Shown here piece by piece: positions 59,980 to 64,000 of a DNA stretch of 64,000 nucleotides. Source of the DNA: a cyanobacterium endosymbiont of Rhopalodia gibba (GTDB lineage Bacteria > Cyanobacteriota > Cyanobacteriia > Cyanobacteriales > Microcystaceae); the NCBI GenBank assembly GCA_045159875.1, contig CP067995.1:1248001-1312000 (forward strand). The letters are read 5' to 3'. The position numbers and the translations under genes were made by a program. The stretch's first letter is position 1; each line of letters opens with the position of its first letter. The notes under the pieces were generated by a model that ran no database searches, was not told the origin of the DNA, and saw nothing but the letters and a program-made list of their open reading frames with translations.

Positions 59980-60453
59980 GTGATTATCGAGTTACCCTCA
60001 ACAAAGGCGACCCTATGCTTAGGAGAGCAATTAGGAAAACTATTACCAGCTCGAACGGTTATTCTACTAGAAGGGAATCTAGGAGTAGGCAAAACTACTT
60101 TAGTACAAGGAATTGGGAAGGGGTTGAACATAACAGAACTAATTGTTAGTCCTACATTCACCCTCATCAACGAATACACTCGAGGGCGGTTACGATTATA
60201 TCATTTAGACTTATATCGTCTAGAACCTCAAGAAGTTGAAAAGTTATCTCCCGAACTTTATTGGGAATATCAAGAAGTTATTCCAGGAATTACCGCAATT
60301 GAATGGGCACAAAGACTTCCCTATCAACCGTCAGATTATTTAGAGATTCAGTTAATCAACTCACCTAAACTAGTCCGTCAAGCTATCCTCAAGGAGGTAG
60401 GAAATCTCTCTTTAAAAGCTAGTTTTTGGGACAGCTTAGGGCAATTCTTATAG
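59980..60453 (+). CDS. tsaE: tRNA threonylcarbamoyladenosine biosynthesis ATPase
   Basis: GNLGVGKTT, VSPTFTLINEY, YHLDLYRL, IEWA. Confidence 0.95.
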   Translation: MIIELPSTKATLCLGEQLGKLLPARTVILLEGNLGVGKTTLVQGIGKGLNITELIVSPTFTLINEYTRGRLRLYHLDLYRLEPQEVEKLSPELYWEYQEVIPGITAIEWAQRLPYQPSDYLEIQLINSPKLVRQAILKEVGNLSLKASFWDSLGQFL

Positions 60454-60498
60454 AACTGAGGAAATAAATAAATGAAGTATCTAGGGTAACCGACGACA

Positions 60499-60519
60499 GG
60501 GGTCAACGGATGTTGACCC
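60499..60519. terminator. GC-rich hairpin between convergent tsaE and petG
   Basis: GGGTCAAC-ggat-GTTGACCC followed by a T-rich tract. Confidence 0.65.
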
Positions 60520-60573
60520 GCACTTTTGTCTTTAGCTTATTCTAAAGATCTTTCACACATTGTTTAAATTAAA

Positions 60574-60690
60574 TTAATCAAGACTAAATTTATTACTGCG
60601 TTTGTATTGTAAATAAGCCGCAACAAATAAACCGGCTAAAGTGATGGGGATTAATCCTAAAACAATGCCTATCAGTAACGGTTCGATCAC
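60574..60690 (-). CDS. petG: Cytochrome b6f complex subunit V (absent from the ORF track)
   Basis: GTG-initiated [38 protein letters not shown], with AAGGAG RBS. Confidence 0.97.
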   Translation of the reverse strand: MIEPLLIGIVLGLIPITLAGLFVAAYLQYKRSNKFSLD

Positions 60691-60871
60691 AGTGTTTCTC
60701 CTTAATCAGACTTAATAAACTGTCCTCTATTGTACTGGGAATTGACAAATCATAAAACCAGAAATAGACAATTATTAAGCTTCTAGACCCCCTGACGTGT
60801 AATCACTAAGAGTGTTAAAGTAGAAAACATGCAACCCTGAAAAACAGGCAACCCCCCTTTTTGGAGTTCTA

Positions 60872-61195
60872 ATGGCATTTAACTTTGATTTTTTCGCTTC
60901 TGAACAAGGAGAACAAGACGCTAACGCCCTCATTCAATACCTACGGCAACAGCACCCCGAAGCATTGGCTCGTATAGCTCAATCTGCTAGCCCCGAAATC
61001 AGACAGATCATCACCCAAAACGTGCAGGGACTAGTGGGAATGCTTCCCTCCGAGGATTTTAACATTCAAGTAACAACAGATCGGGAAAGTTTGGCTAATC
61101 TTTTAGCTTCTGCTATGATGACAGGCTATTTTTTAGGACAGATGGAACAACGAAAAAACTTAGAAGCTAACTTGTCTAATACAGACTCTTTGTAG
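60872..61195 (+). CDS. DUF760-like protein
   Basis: LIQYL...Q...NVQGLVG.LP..F...LANLLASAMMTGYFL. Confidence 0.85.
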   Translation: MAFNFDFFASEQGEQDANALIQYLRQQHPEALARIAQSASPEIRQIITQNVQGLVGMLPSEDFNIQVTTDRESLANLLASAMMTGYFLGQMEQRKNLEANLSNTDSL

Positions 61196-61267
61196 TCGAA
61201 TGGTTAAACAGTGGACAGTCAACAGGCATAAGTTTATTAAACAAATGACTGCTGACTGATAGCTAAT

Positions 61268-61363
61268 CTATCCTCCTTTTGCAAAACTTCCCATCACTAA
61301 GGCAGATAATAAAATTCCAGGGAATAATAAGGCGACCAGTAAAGCAAGTTGACCGATTGTCAT
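61268..61363 (-). CDS. 31-aa hydrophobic micro-protein, Norf4-like
   Basis: MTIGQLALLVALLFPGILLSALVMGSFAKGG*, preceded by a GAGG RBS; resembles Synechocystis Norf4 (from memory). Confidence 0.8.
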   Translation of the reverse strand: MTIGQLALLVALLFPGILLSALVMGSFAKGG

Positions 61364-61587
61364 TATTTTTGTCCTCTAATTCAATATATTGTTCTGTTAA
61401 TCTAACCTATTTTTTTAGGGATTTTCGCCTGTTAATTATATTTTAAGCTCGACTTTAATTGAGTTACCCATCGATTGTAATAACACTATATTCTATTAGT
61501 TTTGCCAGTGGAAATATTCTATTTTTAGTTGGTTTAGATTATTATTTAAACAACTATTTCTCTTATAAAAACATAAAAAGATTCCTG

Positions 61588-62946
61588 TCACTCATTCATG
61601 TTCTTATAAGTTGCTACCGCAGAAGGTGATATACGATTAAGATAACGGAAGATCCAATATTTCAAAACCGTATCTAAGATCACAGGAAAAGTCGCGATAA
61701 ATAGGAAATTAAACTCTTGATTTTCTGGGAGTCCAAAGTGACGAGAAACTCCTTGTAAAATTACCTCCCACCCGTGGGGAGAGTGAAACCCCACAAACAT
61801 ATCGGTAAAGAGAATAATCAAAAAAGCTTTAGCTGGATCACTTAACCCATAAAGAATTTCATCAAGAAAAGCTCTAACCACTTCTATTTCTTTTTTACTA
61901 GTTACTATGACTAGAAAGAAAGAAACAAAAGAGAAAATATCTGCGAAAATATTGGCAATAGAATCAATTCCATGATGTCGATATTCATTGGTTATTTCTT
62001 CGGCTTTATGTTTAATTTCCTCCCTAATTTTTTCGGGGGTAAATTCTGGTCCTAATCCAATCAGTCCTCTAAATCTTAAAGTTTCTTCATAATGTTGTAA
62101 TTCATTTAATGCTTCTTCCTCTAAATCTCTATTAATGAAAATGACTTGTTCATGACTTGTAAAATATCTCTCAACAATAGGTGTTAAGAAAAAAGTTTTA
62201 GTTAATTGATGGGTAAGTAAAGGAACAATAATCAACAACAAAATAAACTTAATTGATAAAGCAGTTCGGTAGCGAGATTTACGGTATTTAACTAAAACCT
62301 CTTCTTCAGTTTCTCCTGATTTAGGATCAATTTCCTGTTTAATTCGGTTGAGAGTATTAATAAAAGACCTCGGCAGTACCCCAATTTTTTTTGAAGCAGA
62401 GGCTAAGTTAGAATTATCATTGTTTTTTTTCTGTCCAACGGAAGTATTTATACATTCACTGAAATTTTCATTTTTTGTAGAAGACAACTGATTTTCATTT
62501 ATTTTTTCTCCAGGAGTTATTGTTTTATTCTTATACTCTACTTCGGGATTAATATTAGGAGTTTGATAATGATTTGTTACCTCATCAATAAACTCAAGCT
62601 TGTCAAAAATGATAGAAGTGTTTGTCTCTTGATCCTGGTTATCTCGTTGATTTTTTAAATGGGGTTGTTTATCTTGTAAATCGGATATTTTGAAAAAAAA
62701 ATGACTAGCTTTAAAAAAAGCTAATCCCGTGTTTATTTTCTGTAAATAGCCATTAACTTCTGTTTCAAAATAATTAATAATGCTTGTTCCATAGTTAGAA
62801 TTTTCGACAGATACTTTTTTTCCTCCAAAATGTTTGTTTTCAATCTCTTTGATTTTCAAAGCTGATTTATAGGCGCTACTTAATGATTTTTCAGGGATTG
62901 CTAAGAACCAATCTGAGGTATTTTGAATGAAGGATTTAAGTTTCAT
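61588..62946 (-). CDS. pxcA: Proton extrusion protein PxcA (CemA family)
   Basis: C-terminal CemA domain: KAFLIILFTDMFVGFHSPHGWE, FIATFPVILDTVLKYWIFRYLNRISPSAVATY. Confidence 0.95.
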   Translation of the reverse strand: MKLKSFIQNTSDWFLAIPEKSLSSAYKSALKIKEIENKHFGGKKVSVENSNYGTSIINYFETEVNGYLQKINTGLAFFKASHFFFKISDLQDKQPHLKNQRDNQDQETNTSIIFDKLEFIDEVTNHYQTPNINPEVEYKNKTITPGEKINENQLSSTKNENFSECINTSVGQKKNNDNSNLASASKKIGVLPRSFINTLNRIKQEIDPKSGETEEEVLVKYRKSRYRTALSIKFILLLIIVPLLTHQLTKTFFLTPIVERYFTSHEQVIFINRDLEEEALNELQHYEETLRFRGLIGLGPEFTPEKIREEIKHKAEEITNEYRHHGIDSIANIFADIFSFVSFFLVIVTSKKEIEVVRAFLDEILYGLSDPAKAFLIILFTDMFVGFHSPHGWEVILQGVSRHFGLPENQEFNFLFIATFPVILDTVLKYWIFRYLNRISPSAVATYKNMNE

Positions 62947-63020
62947 GGGAATAGGAACTTGCAGTCTTAAAATAAGGAGATTGTATATGTCATGTTAACA
63001 AATTGGATCGAGGAGTCTGT

Positions 63021-64000
63021 GTGAATATTAAACCCCTTTGGATTGAAGGAACAACCCGCAGTGGAAAAACCACTCATCTTACTAAGGAATTTTGTCATTG
63101 GCTCAACCAAAAACATGATTCCCTTCAAACAATTTCGGTTCCTGATTTCGTCCCTCAAAATTTAGCGTCTTCACTCTTAATTTTGTCAGCAAACAGTGAC
63201 AATTGTCGAAAACTTGCCGACAGACTTTCTTTATCTATTCAGGGCAGTTACCCCATTATCTGTAAAACTCCTTTAGGATTTATTACCAAGGAGGTCACCC
63301 TTTTTTGGCCACTTCTATTTGAAGAATTAACCTTGAAAGCTCAATTTCCCTTACTATTACGTCCAGAAACAGAACAGGAATTAGCTCTTCAGCTATGGCG
63401 GTCACATTTAGAGCTAGTTAAGGTTCGACTAACCAGAACCAGTGAGTCTCGCTTTGTCCGCCAAACCTTAGATTTATTACACCTTACAGGGGCTAGTGGT
63501 ATTCCGATCGAAGATATCCCCTATATTTTAAAACAGGGTCTACTCGAAGGCGATCACTATAATAATTCCTTAAATAACTCGGAACTTTCTTTAGAATTAG
63601 ATTGGGAATTGAGAGAAAAGTTGATTTTAAAATGGCAAAATTGGTGTTTGGATAAAGGTTTACTTACCTATGGATTAGTTTATACTCTTTATTGGCGATA
63701 TCTTCTCCCTAACCCCAGTTATCAACAACATTTGATTGATCGCTACCAAGGTGTTTTTGCCGATGATGTTGATGATTATCCGGCGATAACTAAAAATTTA
63801 TTTGACTTTCTCCTTGACAATGGAGTGTTTGGGGTATTCACATATAATTACGATGGACAAGTTCGTCTAGGACTCGACGCTGATCCTCAATATCTATCTA
63901 AATTAGCCTCTCGCTGCCGGGTAGAAGTGTTACCTTTACCTTCAGGACTAGCTGCGGACTGCGGGAAACTATTAGTGAAATTAGCTACTGAGCCTTCAGC
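63021..64000 (+). CDS. Cyanobacterial P-loop (helicase-like) hypothetical protein, partial
   Basis: AGGAG then GTG at 63021; Walker A-like WIEGTTRSGKTT; later FADDVDDYP in the same frame; runs off the window end. Confidence 0.8.
   Translation, partial: MNIKPLWIEGTTRSGKTTHLTKEFCHWLNQKHDSLQTISVPDFVPQNLASSLLILSANSDNCRKLADRLSLSIQGSYPIICKTPLGFITKEVTLFWPLLFEELTLKAQFPLLLRPETEQELALQLWRSHLELVKVRLTRTSESRFVRQTLDLLHLTGASGIPIEDIPYILKQGLLEGDHYNNSLNNSELSLELDWELREKLILKWQNWCLDKGLLTYGLVYTLYWRYLLPNPSYQQHLIDRYQGVFADDVDDYPAITKNLFDFLLDNGVFGVFTYNYDGQVRLGLDADPQYLSKLASRCRVEVLPLPSGLAADCGKLLVKLATEPS

Noticed and set aside
60689..60730. ACAGTGTTTCTCC resembling the 5' end of the IsaR1 sRNA
   Set aside because: Fully explained as the reverse complement of the petG RBS/start region

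Overview
Cyanobacterial (Crocosphaera/Cyanothece-like) chromosome segment in advanced reductive decay. Intact housekeeping genes include glyA, cysE, add, thiL, the rpsL-rpsG-fusA-tuf-rpsJ operon, pgsA, folB, sbcC, purF/purL, fabG, clpB, glk, tsaE, petG, pxcA and tRNA-Lys. They are separated by kilobase-scale AT-rich deserts holding many recognisable pseudogenes: two peroxiredoxins, Hsp33, an FHA-adenylate cyclase, the chlorophyll-synthesis enzyme BciB, a glycosyltransferase, a methyltransferase, DUF3120, an RHS core, two four-helix-bundle genes, and ISL3 and IS982 remnants. This pattern suggests a non-photosynthetic cyanobacterial endosymbiont such as a rhopalodiacean diatom spheroid body (inference). 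The most notable items are: (i) a fully retained dTTP-synthesis cluster (tmk, thymidylate synthase, dut, dCMP deaminase) whose synthase is a tripartite fusion of an MtrA-like domain, an archaeal-type ThyA core and a DUF4346-like domain; (ii) long, mutually unrelated inverted repeats in the decayed spacers, including a loop-less 44-bp palindrome; (iii) micro-proteins missed by the ORF track and candidate structured RNAs. Family assignments come from manual motif recognition, not database searches. Pseudogene boundaries are approximate.
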